From: Lytechinus pictus
Lineage: Eukaryota
Direction of reading: 5' to 3'
Assembly: GCF_037042905.1 (NCBI RefSeq)
Contig: NC_087262.1
Coordinates: 16,864,001-16,928,000, forward strand
Length of the DNA: 64,000 bases
The notes under the pieces were generated by a model. That model did no database searches. It was not told the origin of the DNA and worked only from the letters and a program-made list of their open reading frames with translations. A program made the position numbers and the translations under genes. The stretch's first letter is position 1, and each line of letters opens with the position of its first letter. Below, in pieces: positions 26,195 through 38,485 of this stretch.

Positions 26195-28412
26195 ATGGCT
26201 GAAAAGATTGAAATTGAGAAAGCCTCTAGTTCTTTACAGAACCTGATATGTCCGCTATGTCTTGATATTTTTGATGAACCAACGATTCTGACGTGCGGAC
26301 ACACTTTAGATCGAAAGTGTCTCAAGAAATATGATCTGACCCACCAGCAGTGGCGTAACAGGCGGGGGGGCAGGGGGGCAAGTTGCCCCCCCTGGCGGAT
26401 TTCACCGGGAAAATAAAAGAAAAGCGGGAAAAAGAAAAAAAGAGGGAGAAAGAGAGGGAAAGGGGAAGGAAAGGGAAAAGGAAAGGAGGAAAGGGAAAAG
26501 TAAAGGGAAAATTAAAAGAAAACGAAGAAAAAACTTTTTTTTTAAATGGAAAAGGAAGGAAAGCCGGAAAATGTACCAAAGAAGAACATTTGAGAAAGAA
26601 CAAATCATTTCGAAATAGGCCTATGTAATGCAATAGCACGGTGGGAACAAATTAAAATATGATAAAATGGCAAACAATAGCGGGAAGCGAAGATAGAATG
26701 TAATTAGTCAAAAACTAAAGTGGAAAACAAAGAAAAGGGACACGAACAAAAATAATAACACGACCGGGCTGCCGATGATTGAAATTAAAAAGCGGGAAGA
26801 AAAATGGACTGCATACAACATTGCTCTATAAGGTTGCTAAATTATATGCAAATAAGCTACCGGGGCTTTGCCCCAGACCCCACGCAGTAGGGGTTCTTCA
26901 TTTATAACATTCAAATGGCTCTATAACGCCCCCCCCCCCCGTACAATCACGTTAAATCGCTGGCATACAGGCGCGGAGGGGGGGGGGGGTCTTGGTTCCA
27001 CACCAAAGAGCAAATAATAGAAATTATAGGAGACAACGTATAATGAAATGAATGGAAACAATGAAATGTGTTATTTGCTGAATATAATGGAAAAATCTAT
27101 CACATAATAAGAATTTGATTTCAAAAGGCAATTTTTTTTCCAGCTCGCTTTGCACGCTGGCGACTTTTAACAAATTTTTCCCACATTGCTATGTTTTGCC
27201 CCCTCAAAATATGTTGCTTCATTACGCAACTGGGTTGAATAAAAACTATATGCCCGCGATTTGATTGAAATAGCGGCAATCTGCGAGGTTTAAATGGCTT
27301 TGATATCAAGAAGTTCCGGGGGCTCCGCCCCGGACCCCAACCGCACAGCACTGCGTATATGGAAGGGTTGGGCCATGGCCCAAAATAGTTCTACAGACAA
27401 GAAAAAAAGGAGGAAAGAAAAGCAATGGAAAAGTGTAGGATATGATTTTATTTACTGAATATAATGTCAAAAAAATAGCTCAAAGTTAGATTCTCATGAA
27501 AAGGTGATTTTTTTCTCGCTCGCTTCGCTCGGGACTTGTATATAAAGCAGCTTTTTAGCACATGTGCTATACTGCGCCCCTCGTTTTTTTTTACTCTTCA
27601 CGCTGCTGCAGCAAAGAATCCTGTTCACAGTGGCGTACAGACCACAAAAAAGGAATCTAAAGAAAGAATAGTGAAATATTTTCTGGATATCATGTCAAAA
27701 TCTACCATAAAATTGGATTTTTCTATTAAAAAGGTCAAAATTTTTGCTCACTCGCTTCGCTCGCTTGCAACTTTTTTTAAAAGATAAATTCTGCCCGATA
27801 CGCAATATCTGGCCTTCTCAAAATAGTCGCCTCAGCTCATTACACCATTACGCCTGTTCATGCCATGATATGACCGGGAAATGTTTTGCTCTTGCCCCCC
27901 TGGCCACCGACCCTTGTTACGCCGCTGCCCATCAGGACATTGACCACATGGTCTGTCCTCTCTGCAGGGAGATCACCAAGTTGTCTGCCAACCGTGTCGA
28001 CGATCTCCGCCTCAATGCCTCCATCAACGGATGCGTAGACGATTACCACGCTGAGTGTGGAGGGATGAATGTTGTCCTTGAGATGCGTACAAAATGTACC
28101 GGTTGCAAGTTTCAGCAAGACGCTGTCTCCTTTTGCATAACATGTAATAACTACATATGTGATAAATGTTTACAATCTCACCAGTGTATGACCATGTTTG
28201 AAGATCACGAGATTGTCTCCATGGATGATGTCATCGAAGGGAGGGTCAGCATTGGTCATCTATTTGAGAAATGCTCCATCCACAAACAAGAGAACAAAGA
28301 TATATTTTGTGATGATTGTAAGGTCCGTGTCTGTCTCAGGTGCGTGGTCGTTGGTCACAAGGTCCATAACATCAAGAACCAGTCTGACTTTGAGCAGGAA
28401 TTGAGGCGAAAG
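26195..28412 (+). pseudogene. TRIM paralog 3 pseudogene: exon A interrupted by a 1.58-kb transposon, RING Cys lost (HTFCRKC>HTLDRKC), exon B absent
   Basis: Exon A halves at 26195-26347 and 27928-28412 flank the insertion. Intron homology stops at about 29220, and no exon B occurs before paralog 4. Confidence 0.93.
26348..27927. mobile_element. Non-autonomous hAT-type transposon (1580 bp) inserted in the RING exon
   Basis: TIRs CAGTGGCGTAACA / TGTTACGCCGCTG; 8-bp TSD CCCACCAG (26340-47) / CCCATCAG (27928-35); empty site in five paralogs. Confidence 0.92.
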
Positions 28413-29220
28413 GTAATGGTCAATCAACAATTGTGATATAAAGTTAAGAAAAATATTTTAAAGAAGATGCTGATGTAGATTGTGCCGCTGAAGGAGAAGA
28501 AAAGGATGATGATATGCTAGCTTATATTTTACTAATACCCCTGACCTCCTCCCCCCCCCCCTCCTCTCATCTAGGGGAATCGGAACCAGTTGGGGTATGA
28601 AACTTATAGGCCTCTGATTTTTTTTTTCAGTAAATGTGTAAAAAATAAAATGACGATCTTATTGTGAAATGTTACATGCCCCACCTCCACCCCTACTCGG
28701 ATCAGCATCCGCTGTCAAAACAATGCCACGGCCCCGTGTTATAATTACTGTGTGAGTAAAAAAAAAGACACCTTATAAATCCATATTTTAACGAAAATAT
28801 ACGCCATTTACATAATCATATATGGCCTGAAAGAATATTTTCTCCCAGGTAACTTAATACGTTATTTATGTGGACGCTTTGATAATCAGGAGGTATTCTT
28901 TTATTCTTATTTGAATTGATGTAAAATTTGATTTGCGCCAAAGTAAGACGTGGCTGCAATAGATTATTCCATATATATGTCAGTGATGTCATAACCCATT
29001 ATAATAGTTCCATCAAAATCCATTTCAGAATACGTTATAAATAATTTACATTAATTGTTTGATAACGACTTTAAAGTATCAATTCTCAAGTTGATTTCAT
29101 TGAAGGAATTTGCAAATATGTTTACTATCACATGTGGGATTATGACATCATTGGCATACGGATTCATTCATTGCAGTAATGCCTAACTTTGGCGTAAATC
29201 AAAATAATACCAACTGATTA

Positions 29221-30962
29221 TGATGATACCAATATTTTGATGATACCAATATTTTCTTTTCACATAAATATCCAAATATTTTAGTTGATACAGTTGATAC
29301 TGAGTTATTAAGTATATCGCATTGGATTCATGCGAACAAACTTTCACTTAATTTACAAAAGACAAATTACATGCTATTTAGCAACTCTTTAGATTCATTA
29401 CCTTCAGATATAATTCTAAACACCAGTAAAACAGGTTTCTCATACTAATTCTTTTGGGGTTATATAGTTGATAACCATCTTACATGGAAAATGCATATTA
29501 ACAATGTATGTAAAACTATATCAAGAAATAATGGTGTTATCAATAGAATGAAATTTCTTTTACCACAATCCGCATTATTAATGCTTTATTCGTCATTGAC
29601 TTTGCCATACCTGAATTACGGTCTCTTGATTTTGGGTAATACCCATCAAACATTGATAGAAAAGATTTTTATACTGCAAAAGAAGGTTATCCGGATTATT
29701 TGCAACGCTCCAATACGCTCTCATACTAATTCTTTATTTTTTCGAAAACACGATTTTAAAAATTAAGGATTTATATTCATTTCAACTAGGTCAGTTTATG
29801 TATCAATATAATAGCAATAATTTGCCTATTGTTTTTCATGACATGTTTCATAAAAATGAGAGCATTCATAAATACCCAACTAGGCAATCAGATGAATTCC
29901 ATTTACCGCTTTTCAGGACGTTCAAAGCCAAAAATACTTTCATTTATGAAGGCCCAAAATTTTGGAATTCCCTTCATAACGACTTAAAAAATTCCCCCTC
30001 TCTGTACACTTTTACAAGAAAGTTAAAATCTTTCTTACTGAAATCCTATTATCACGTCTAAAAAATACATCATCACAGATTTTTTTAATCTTTATTCACC
30101 GTTCCTTTTCACTCATGCGCTACTTTATTTTATTTTAATTTTATTAAAACAACTTTCAACAGGATAAAACATTAATCAGCTCGCAGTCTGTTTCACATAA
30201 TGGTCCTGCATAAAGAAAATATACACATAATAAAAGGAAAGATTACAAATAATTAGGAATACATGTAATTATATACGACAAAGTTAAAATACAAATATTA
30301 ATGCTAAAAAATGAAGCATCAGAAAAAAGAACAATTAGCAAGATTTATCTCATAGTAAGATAAAGAAGTGAAGGAAAAAGAAAGAGGTTTTATACATCGA
30401 TAGTGACAGGAATGGGTCTCAATTTAAAGAATCGTAACAATATTAATACTCATAGGAAATCATAATAATCGATAATAAGATATGATAACTTTGCTTCTGT
30501 TTGTCTACACTCCTCTCTCTGTACAGTTCATTATGCAGTTCTAACATTCATTCCTCAACCCCCTTCCCCCCCCCCCTCTCTCTCTCTCTCATTCATCCGC
30601 TTTCTTTCTATAGTTTCTCATTCCTGAGTTTTTTTATATTTGATATTTTCTTTTAATGATGTCTCCTGTTGGCAATCATGGTTCTATTTTGATTTGTATA
30701 TATAGAATTTATTTCTTGCTTGTCATATTTTGAGGAGCCCACAATATACAAGCTTTGCTTTTTAGTGGGATCCTCCATTTTAACAAAATATAAATCACAA
30801 ATCCTTTACACATGATTATTTTGTATGTAACTTTCTCATAATATATCCTTATAAAGTTGATTGTATGACATTGGTATATTTTTTATGATGTTGACTTGTT
30901 ATGATTGTATTTACTTGATTTATATTGTGTTGAAAATGAAATAAATGAAATGAAGAAATGAA
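29221..30962 (+). mobile_element. 5'-truncated LINE (L2/Crack-like RT C-terminal half + 3' UTR), frameshifted
   Basis: Starts at DDTNIFFSH (RT catalytic DD), followed by WIHANKLSLNLQKTNYMLF, LYSSLTLPYLNYG, LQKKVIRII and YEGPKFWNSL. Hairpin at 30732-30775; ATAAATGAAATGAA tail. Confidence 0.88.
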
Positions 30963-32036
30963 AGGAAGATCATAATCGTAAAATAATGGGGAAGGAATTT
31001 AAAATTCCTTATCCTTCCAAATAGAGTACATGAGTAAGTGAAAAGCTGCAGATATATAGTATTTTCATTATCATTTTGTCTGAATGCATGATTATCACGA
31101 GCCTTTAAAAAAAATTAAGAACGCATTTTAAGTAGAGATTTGTTTGATATTAAAGGGAGCTATATCATGACCCCGACTGGGATCGAAAATCCATACATAG
31201 TAAAAATGTTTGTTTAAAAAAATTATAATTATACACTGTGTTGAAAAAAACCCTGATTTACAGAAAAAAGAAGATTTTGTAGAAAGCAATAACAGAATCA
31301 TTCTGTAAATTCATAAAACATGATTTTTTTTCTGCAATATAACAGAACAGGTCTGTCTGTTAAAAAAGGGGAAAAGGGTGTTTTAATTTAAGGAAATTTG
31401 TAAGGTTCCATACACCAAATACCAATTTCCTGTAATTTTACATGATATAATGTAAGATTACGCAATCTGGTAAAGATTACGGGTGTTCTCGAGACTCTGC
31501 TGCAGGAACCTCTTTTATTTTAAGGATACATTTTCTAACAATGTACACTGTCTATATATGAATCTTATAGTACTTGTTTAACGGTTATACAATAATTGTT
31601 TAACCCCTAGCGTGCAATGGACACAATTTGAAACTATATCTATGCAGTCGTAATAATTCATTTTCTCTTTATATAATTCCACCAATAAATGCATTCCAAA
31701 AATCTATATTTCTTGTGTTGTGTCTGTGGATACCAAGCAAGGATTTTCTGCATCATCTCAAATAAAGAAAATTACGTATTTTTCCAACACAAATTAATGT
31801 GGCAGGTTAACAGCTGCAATTTTAAACAAGAGGGGAGAAATCAGAAATATGAGAAAATAAAGAAAAAGTATGATACTCTGTATACAAACAAATGGAGAGA
31901 AGAAGTCCTTAAATCAGCAACTTTGAAGCAAGTTTACCAATTTGAGGATCCCATTACAGCAAAACGAGTGATCTTGATTTAATGATAATAATAATAATAG
32001 TAGTAGTGATGTCTTATTGAGCGCACACACCGTCCA

Positions 32037-32232
32037 CACTCTTAAAAACGTTGGGCAACATACGGTCCACACAACAATTGGTTAAAACTTTATCAAATTC
32101 TGAGTAGCTTTAAACCAATAATGTGTGCTTTTGGTGAAAACTACACAGTATTGGTTGAAAACTACCCAGAGTTGGATAATGTTTTAACCAATTGTTGTGT
32201 GGACCGTATGTTGCCCAACGTTTTTAAGAGTG
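32037..32232. mobile_element. Near-perfect palindromic MITE (CACT..AGTG termini, 2-bp CA duplication; CMC/EnSpm-like)
   Basis: CA|CACTCTTAAAAACGTTGGGCAACATACGGTCCACACAACAATTGGTTAAAAC ... exact reverse complement ...TTTTTAAGAGTG|CA. Confidence 0.85.
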
Positions 32233-33635
32233 CAGAGACGCTCGTGGCGCAATTGACGCAATGCTGTTAATTATATATACAAGTACATTACAGAAATTTT
32301 GTTCAACATTATAAAAAAAAATCAGGCTTAATTTATTGATAAATCAATATAGAAAAATAAACTTTGTTGATTTTACACACTTGTTTGAACAATAAGATTC
32401 ATGTAACTTTGTACAGTGTTTTTACTGTGTAGAGATAATACAGTACGTGTATCTCTCAATCATGTCAATGATCCAAAAATTGATAAATATAGTACGCCCT
32501 CTATCGATAAGATGACAAATGGTTCCATGAAGTTCAAAGGTAGCTGGGAAAAACCAGTTCTATTAATAATTATACTATTATGCTATTGTATTATATCGCA
32601 GCTTCCTCATTCTTTATTAATGTGCACAAAGTCATATTGTAATAGGAGTTCCGCGCACACAGTCAGTTCACGACCGTGCACGTATATACCAAGTTTTTAC
32701 TCGTAGCTATCTCTCACAACTAAGTAGTACTCAGTTTCGTTGAAATAGTTTGTCTCTAGAGTTTATATAGCAATGGCTGAAAAGATTGAAATAGGGAAAG
32801 CCTCTAGTTCTTCACAAAACCTGATATGCCCGCTATGTCTTGATATTTTTGATGAACCAACGATCCTGAGGTGTGGACACACCTTCTGTCGTAAGTGTCT
32901 CAAGAAATATGATCTGACCCACCAGGACATTGACCACATGGTCTGTCCTCTCTGCAGGGAGATCACCAAGTTGTCTGCCAACCGTGTCGACGATCTCCGC
33001 CTCAATGTCTCCATCAACGGATTCGTAGACGACTACCACGCCAAGTGTGGAGGGATGAATGCTGTCCTTGAGATGTGTACCAAATGTACTGGTTGCAAGT
33101 TTCAGCAAGACGCTGTCTCCTTCTGCATAACATGTAATAACTACATATGTGATAAATGTTTACAATCTCTTTGAAGATCACGAGATTGTCTCCGTGGAGG
33201 ATGTCATCGAAGGGAAGGTCAGCATTGGTCATCAATTTGAGAAATGCTCCATCCACAAACAAGAGAACAAAGATATGTTTTGTGATGATTGCAAGGTCCG
33301 TGTCTGTCTCAGGTGCGTGGTCGTTGGTCATAAGGTCCATAACATCAAGAACCAGTCTGACTTCGAGCATGAGTTGAGGCGAAAGGTAATGGTCATCCAA
33401 AAAAATTGATATTAAGTAGAAAAATAATATTTTGAGAAGATACTGATGTAGATTGTGCCGCTGAAGGAGAAAAAGATGATGATACTAGCTATTCTTTTAA
33501 TGACCCTGACCTCCTCGTCCTCCCTCCTCATCTAGGGGACGCAGAACAAGTTGGGGTATACTCATAGACCTTCGATTTTTTTTCAGTAAATGTGTACAAA
33601 AAACTAAAATGACAATCTTATTGTGAAATGTTACA

Positions 33636-34072
33636 TTTTTGCCAATTCGTCTAATACCAATTCGTCATTTCGTCTACTACCATTTGGTCTATCATCTGTT
33701 CGTCTACTCACCAGATGGTCTACTTTTATTTAGTCAAATGCTATTCCGTTTAATAACCAGTTGGTCCAATAGCCATTTAGTGCATATACGCTTTAGTTGA
33801 TCATATATTTGGTAAAGAGCTATATAAGTACCTGTTATGTATGTATGTATGTATATAACATTTGGTCTAATTAAACTAAAGTGTTATTTGTGCAAAATTA
33901 ATGAAAAGAAAATGGTCATTAGACCAACTTGTTGTTAGACGGAATGGTGATTAGATGAAGTGATGATTGGACCAAATGGCTATTGGACCAAATGGTTTTT
34001 AGACAAAATGTTGATGGCATTAGACTAAATGAAGGTAGACCATGTGATGAGTGGACGAATTGGCAATTTACC
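33636..34072. mobile_element. Intronic foldback element (same insertion as in paralogs 2, 5, 6)
   Basis: Same subrepeats; right end TGGACGAATTGGCAATTTACC|CTCGGATC. Confidence 0.75.
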
Positions 34073-34860
34073 CTCGGATCAGCCCCCGCTGTCAAAACTA
34101 TTCCACGGCAAATATGTCTACTATCTCATGTAGGATTATGAAATCATTGGCATATGGATTTATTCATAGCAGTCATGCCTGACTTTGGCGCGAATCAAAC
34201 TTTACACTGCAAAGAATACCAACTGATTATCTAAGCGTGAAGACATGCCACTTAATTATGGAATCAAAATACTTGGAAGAAGGCTATACTTTTTTCAAAT
34301 ATAATGATTATACTTTCATGAGATATTTTCCCCTTAAATTGGCGACTTATGAGGTGTCAATGTTTTTTTTATTCACACCGTTTAGGTCTATACTGCTAAT
34401 GATGATAATGATATATATAATAACAATGTCAATAATGATGATGATAATTAGAAATAATAATAAAAGTGGTAGTTATGGTAATAATGATACTGTTATCAAT
34501 TTTAGCAAGATCTATATTAACTATAATAATAATGGTAATAATCATAATCAAAAGTATAATTAATAAAGATAATATAACAATAGTAATATGATCACTCATA
34601 TAATGATAATAATGATAATAACTGTCCCTCATATCCTTCGTTGCCTCCCTATCCGCCCACCCCCCCCCCCCCCCCCCCCCCGTCCAGAATAGAGATCGGA
34701 GAAATTGATACAACTTCCCGGGTGTATATACAAGTCAGACATTATAATAGGTATATTTATTGATTTTTTTCTAAATATAGAAACTACATTTACCATGTTT
34801 ACGTGAATGATTCTTTGACGGCAAACAGTTACTACTTTTTTACTTTCTCGATCTTTACAG

Positions 34861-36231
34861 GTGACAGAACTTGCCCAGCAATGTGCAGCTAAGAAAGCTG
34901 AGCTGGAAAAGAACATTCAGAATATAGAATTACAACGTCATGAGGTACACACTGCCATGCAGAAACTACTAGATGATGTCAGCCAGGCTTACAGCATCAA
35001 GGTCAAAGAGCTGGAAGGAAATCTTCAAGATCTCATCGAGCAAATAAATGAACTAAAGCGAAGATTCGAGGATGATCTCAACATCTTAAAGTCTAAGGAT
35101 CGACAGAGGATCAAGAGCATTTGTAGTTCGATTACATTGGTAGATAATGACAGACTGGGTCATCTTGAGACAGATAGTCTGTCTGCTCATAATATGCTCT
35201 GTGATGAGCTAGGTGCCATGCTGAAAGAGGTTACCGATCGCACTACTGCGGAAGTTATTGCAAATAAAGCGCAGGAGAAGAGGTTCAATCCTGCGGATGC
35301 TACTTGTCTTCACCTTGGAAAAATATCAGACCCTATCGATCACACTTCTACTGTTGCTATCACGGAGAAAGCACAGAAGAGGTTGAATCCTGCAGATAAA
35401 TCTTGTCTTGACCTCGGGAGCATCTCTGGATCGGATTCCAAGTTAGAAATCATTAAGTGTATAGATCTACGGGGACAAATGGTTGGAATGACAGCTTACA
35501 CTCATACCAGTGTGGCCATCGTATATGGGATTTATACACGAGGTATTGATATCATTGATACAGCTGGTGGAACGGAGCAGTATACAAACATACCACATGA
35601 CGTGGGTTACGTCGATATTGTGTTCAAACGAGACGGTGCATCATGTGTCTCAACTAGTACTACAGAAGCACGCGTGTATTCTCCCAATGGCTCCAGGAAA
35701 GCAACAATCAACGTGAGTGGGGCTGGTCATTATCTCAAACTGAACAGAAGTCCATCAAATGAGATCCTCATTGCTAACGGTACCAACAAAGTCTACATCT
35801 ATGACCCGACAGGGTCCACTCTCAAACACACTGTTCCAACAAAGCACCTGACGAGGCAGGCATCATCCACCAGGTTGGGTTTGATCGTCACCAGTTCATG
35901 TACTCTCACCAATCCAAGCGTGGTGACGGTCTATGACAGGGATGGGAATGCTGGTGAGTCTATACAAGCTCCAGTCCTAGGGAGTGTCTACCTGTATGTT
36001 ACCGTGGATGAGCGAGACAGGGTGTATGTAGCGAGTGTTGATTGTAAGAAGAATAGGAAGGTGGTGATCAGGCTCTATGATCTTGATGGTCTGAACCTGA
36101 GGGAAAGAGTTGAGTTTAATGCACTTGATATGACATTGAATTCTACTTGGTGTTACTTGGTTTCCCTCTCTCCGGACCTACTCGCCTTTGCTTGTTACAA
36201 GAAGTTATATTTCATCAAGGTATTGCTGTAA
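34861..36231 (+). CDS. TRIM paralog 4, exon B open frame (coiled coil, long linker, NHL-like propeller); out of frame with the exon A ATG
   Basis: TTTACAG|GTG acceptor; 456 uninterrupted codons. Confidence 0.6.
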   Translation: MTELAQQCAAKKAELEKNIQNIELQRHEVHTAMQKLLDDVSQAYSIKVKELEGNLQDLIEQINELKRRFEDDLNILKSKDRQRIKSICSSITLVDNDRLGHLETDSLSAHNMLCDELGAMLKEVTDRTTAEVIANKAQEKRFNPADATCLHLGKISDPIDHTSTVAITEKAQKRLNPADKSCLDLGSISGSDSKLEIIKCIDLRGQMVGMTAYTHTSVAIVYGIYTRGIDIIDTAGGTEQYTNIPHDVGYVDIVFKRDGASCVSTSTTEARVYSPNGSRKATINVSGAGHYLKLNRSPSNEILIANGTNKVYIYDPTGSTLKHTVPTKHLTRQASSTRLGLIVTSSCTLTNPSVVTVYDRDGNAGESIQAPVLGSVYLYVTVDERDRVYVASVDCKKNRKVVIRLYDLDGLNLRERVEFNALDMTLNSTWCYLVSLSPDLLAFACYKKLYFIKVLL

Positions 36232-36749
36232 TAAAGAGTATCTCACTAGTGTGTATAACATGAACTATTGCTTTTTATGCGATTATTCATTGTGTATCTG
36301 AAATGAGAATCCAACACCTTTCTAAATTTGTTTACATTTAGTGACGTGTATATACACAGAAATTTTAACACGAATCGAAAAAAAGTTCATACACATAAAA
36401 TAATTTCATCATTGAAACTTGAGTATCAAAAGACCACTATTTTTCTTTATTTCGTGAATCTGAAAAAAAACACACAGTAAAAAAATAGCACGTTGTTTAA
36501 ACCTGTCACTCTAATAACAAGATGTTTAAACTTTGTTTTGTGATTGTTTAAACATTTTAAACAACTTGTTTAAAAAATAAGTTGTTTTAAAAAAATAAAC
36601 AGATGTTTACAAAATTTAAACAGTAGTTAGAGAGACAAGCTTAAACAACGTGTTTAACATTTTAAACAGCGTTTTTAAAGCGTAATACTTTTGTTGTCAT
36701 TTAACTGGTGTAATTAAGCTAGCGTTTAATATTTTCGGGTCTCTGTTAT

Positions 36750-36996
36750 CATGGTTATAGACAATTCTTTCTTTTTTTCTTTTCTCTGCCCTTTCCTTTG
36801 TATTGTTTATTGTATTGTATTTTCGTCTTAGGTGTATCCCGCCACAAGCCTCGGCTTTTAGTGTATACGCCTTCTTCTTTAAACCCAACATGTACATATT
36901 TATATTCTTCGTAACAATTTGATTTTTATATGAATTAATGTTTATGGAAAAATGATTTTAAATAAAAGAAATAAATGCTTATTTAAATGCTTATTT
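36750..36996 (+). mobile_element. Short LINE 3'-UTR tail insertion
   Basis: Absent from paralogous spacers (CTGTTATAGAGAATTCG); hairpin with a CAAGC-n-GCTTTT core at 36830-36872; AATAAA and a repeated TAAATGCTTATT tail. Confidence 0.55.
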
Positions 36997-38485
36997 GAAT
37001 TCGACAAAGAACTATTATATAAAACGAACTCTATATTTGTGAGTGTCAAGATTTGTCTGTGTGGAAATGTTTACAATCGACTTGATGTTTTCTTGCAAGT
37101 CAGCCTATTTGTTGTGGAGATACGTCAATACAATCTCGAAATCTTAGATTTTTCTGCCCAGTGTTATGATGTGAAGAAAAGGCCTAATAATTACGGATAT
37201 CAGCGAATTCTATCCTATTCGACCATTAATCTGAATAGGCCTATATTTTTATTTGTGTGGAATGTATAGTCCTCACAAACCGATTCATACATAATTATTT
37301 TCTTTTTATGAAATATTACTTACAGGAACATTATTATATTTATTTTATAATAAAACGCCTTACTCAATGATTGTATGATATAAACAACAGCAACAAATTC
37401 TACGATATTAACATATCCCAATTTTACGAGGGCATCATTATTATGTATCAAATAACCTGGTTTGGTTTGTTGTTGTTGTTTTGCCTTTATTCAGAATTCA
37501 GTACATCAAAATATAACAAGGGATAAGTACTTAAGAACTTAATATTTTCATACATTGCACATGATGATACGGTTTTTTTATATGTTAGATTGAAAAATCA
37601 ATGAAAAAGACGGTGGCCTGTAGAGTTTCCAGAAGAAGAAGATCATAATTTTCATGAAATTAAATAATTTAATCAACGAATCATAAAAAATAATATTTTG
37701 AGCATCATTGAAATCAATAAAAATCAAGATGATTTGAATAAAGGTTTTCTTATAAAACATAAGAAAATGTGAATGGGTTACATCATGCCAATATAGCACG
37801 GTGTATTTTATTAAAATTTCTTAATATAAAAATGATGAATATCGGACTACGTGTTTATTGCCGTTTGTTTCATAACGCCCTCTTTCGAGAGAATCCGGAC
37901 ATGCTCTACGAACAACGTGAGAATCATAGAGATGAGTAAAATAAGTTTCTTTCCCACCTCTCTGATGAGAATGTATCTCTTGGAAATTGATTCTATCCAA
38001 AGATTATACATAAGATATTTTTTCTTGAGAAAACCAATTGTAATATTATTGCTTAAAAATAGTTGATGAAAATAGAAAACAAATACAAAAGCAGTTGTCC
38101 AGCAAACAAAAGGAAGAATAAATAATAACAAAAATAAAAGGAGAGAGCGATTTCTCTTGCTCTTTGTTGTATTTACTTAAGACGCGATAGAATGATGATA
38201 AGTACTGTATATTTTGCAATAGAAGATGAATGTGTTGTGACATACTATAAGGCCTTCCTTTAAATATAATGATAACATAATACTCCGATATGAAGCATTG
38301 AATGGTTATTGAAATATATTGATTCAATATGAATATATTATATTGTAAATTATGCAATATAAGATGATGTATTGTGCCATATTATTAGGTCTTCCTTTAA
38401 ATGTGATGTAAGGATAAAATAACACTTTGATGATGAAACATTGAATGGTTATTGAAATATATTGATTCAATATAAATGTATTCTA

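Larger units (their letters stand above)
32773..36231 (+). pseudogene. TRIM paralog 4, frameshifted (probable young pseudogene or null allele): exon A 32773-33385 with a 17-nt deletion; exon B 34861-36231 intact (456 codons)
   Basis: Reads CAATCTC^TTTGAAG where paralog 3 has CAATCTC-ACCAGTGTATGACCATG-TTTGAAG. Exon A is 613 nt instead of 630, giving a premature TGA at 33172-33174. Splice sites are intact. Confidence 0.85.

Noticed and set aside
27744-28436. 230-aa novel fusion ORF
   Set aside because: It is chance read-through from the transposon end (TTG start) into the remainder of exon A.
29221-30061. RT next to variable genes as a diversity-generating retroelement
   Set aside because: It is a truncated, frameshifted LINE remnant; there is no template/variable repeat pair and the changes are not adenine-specific.
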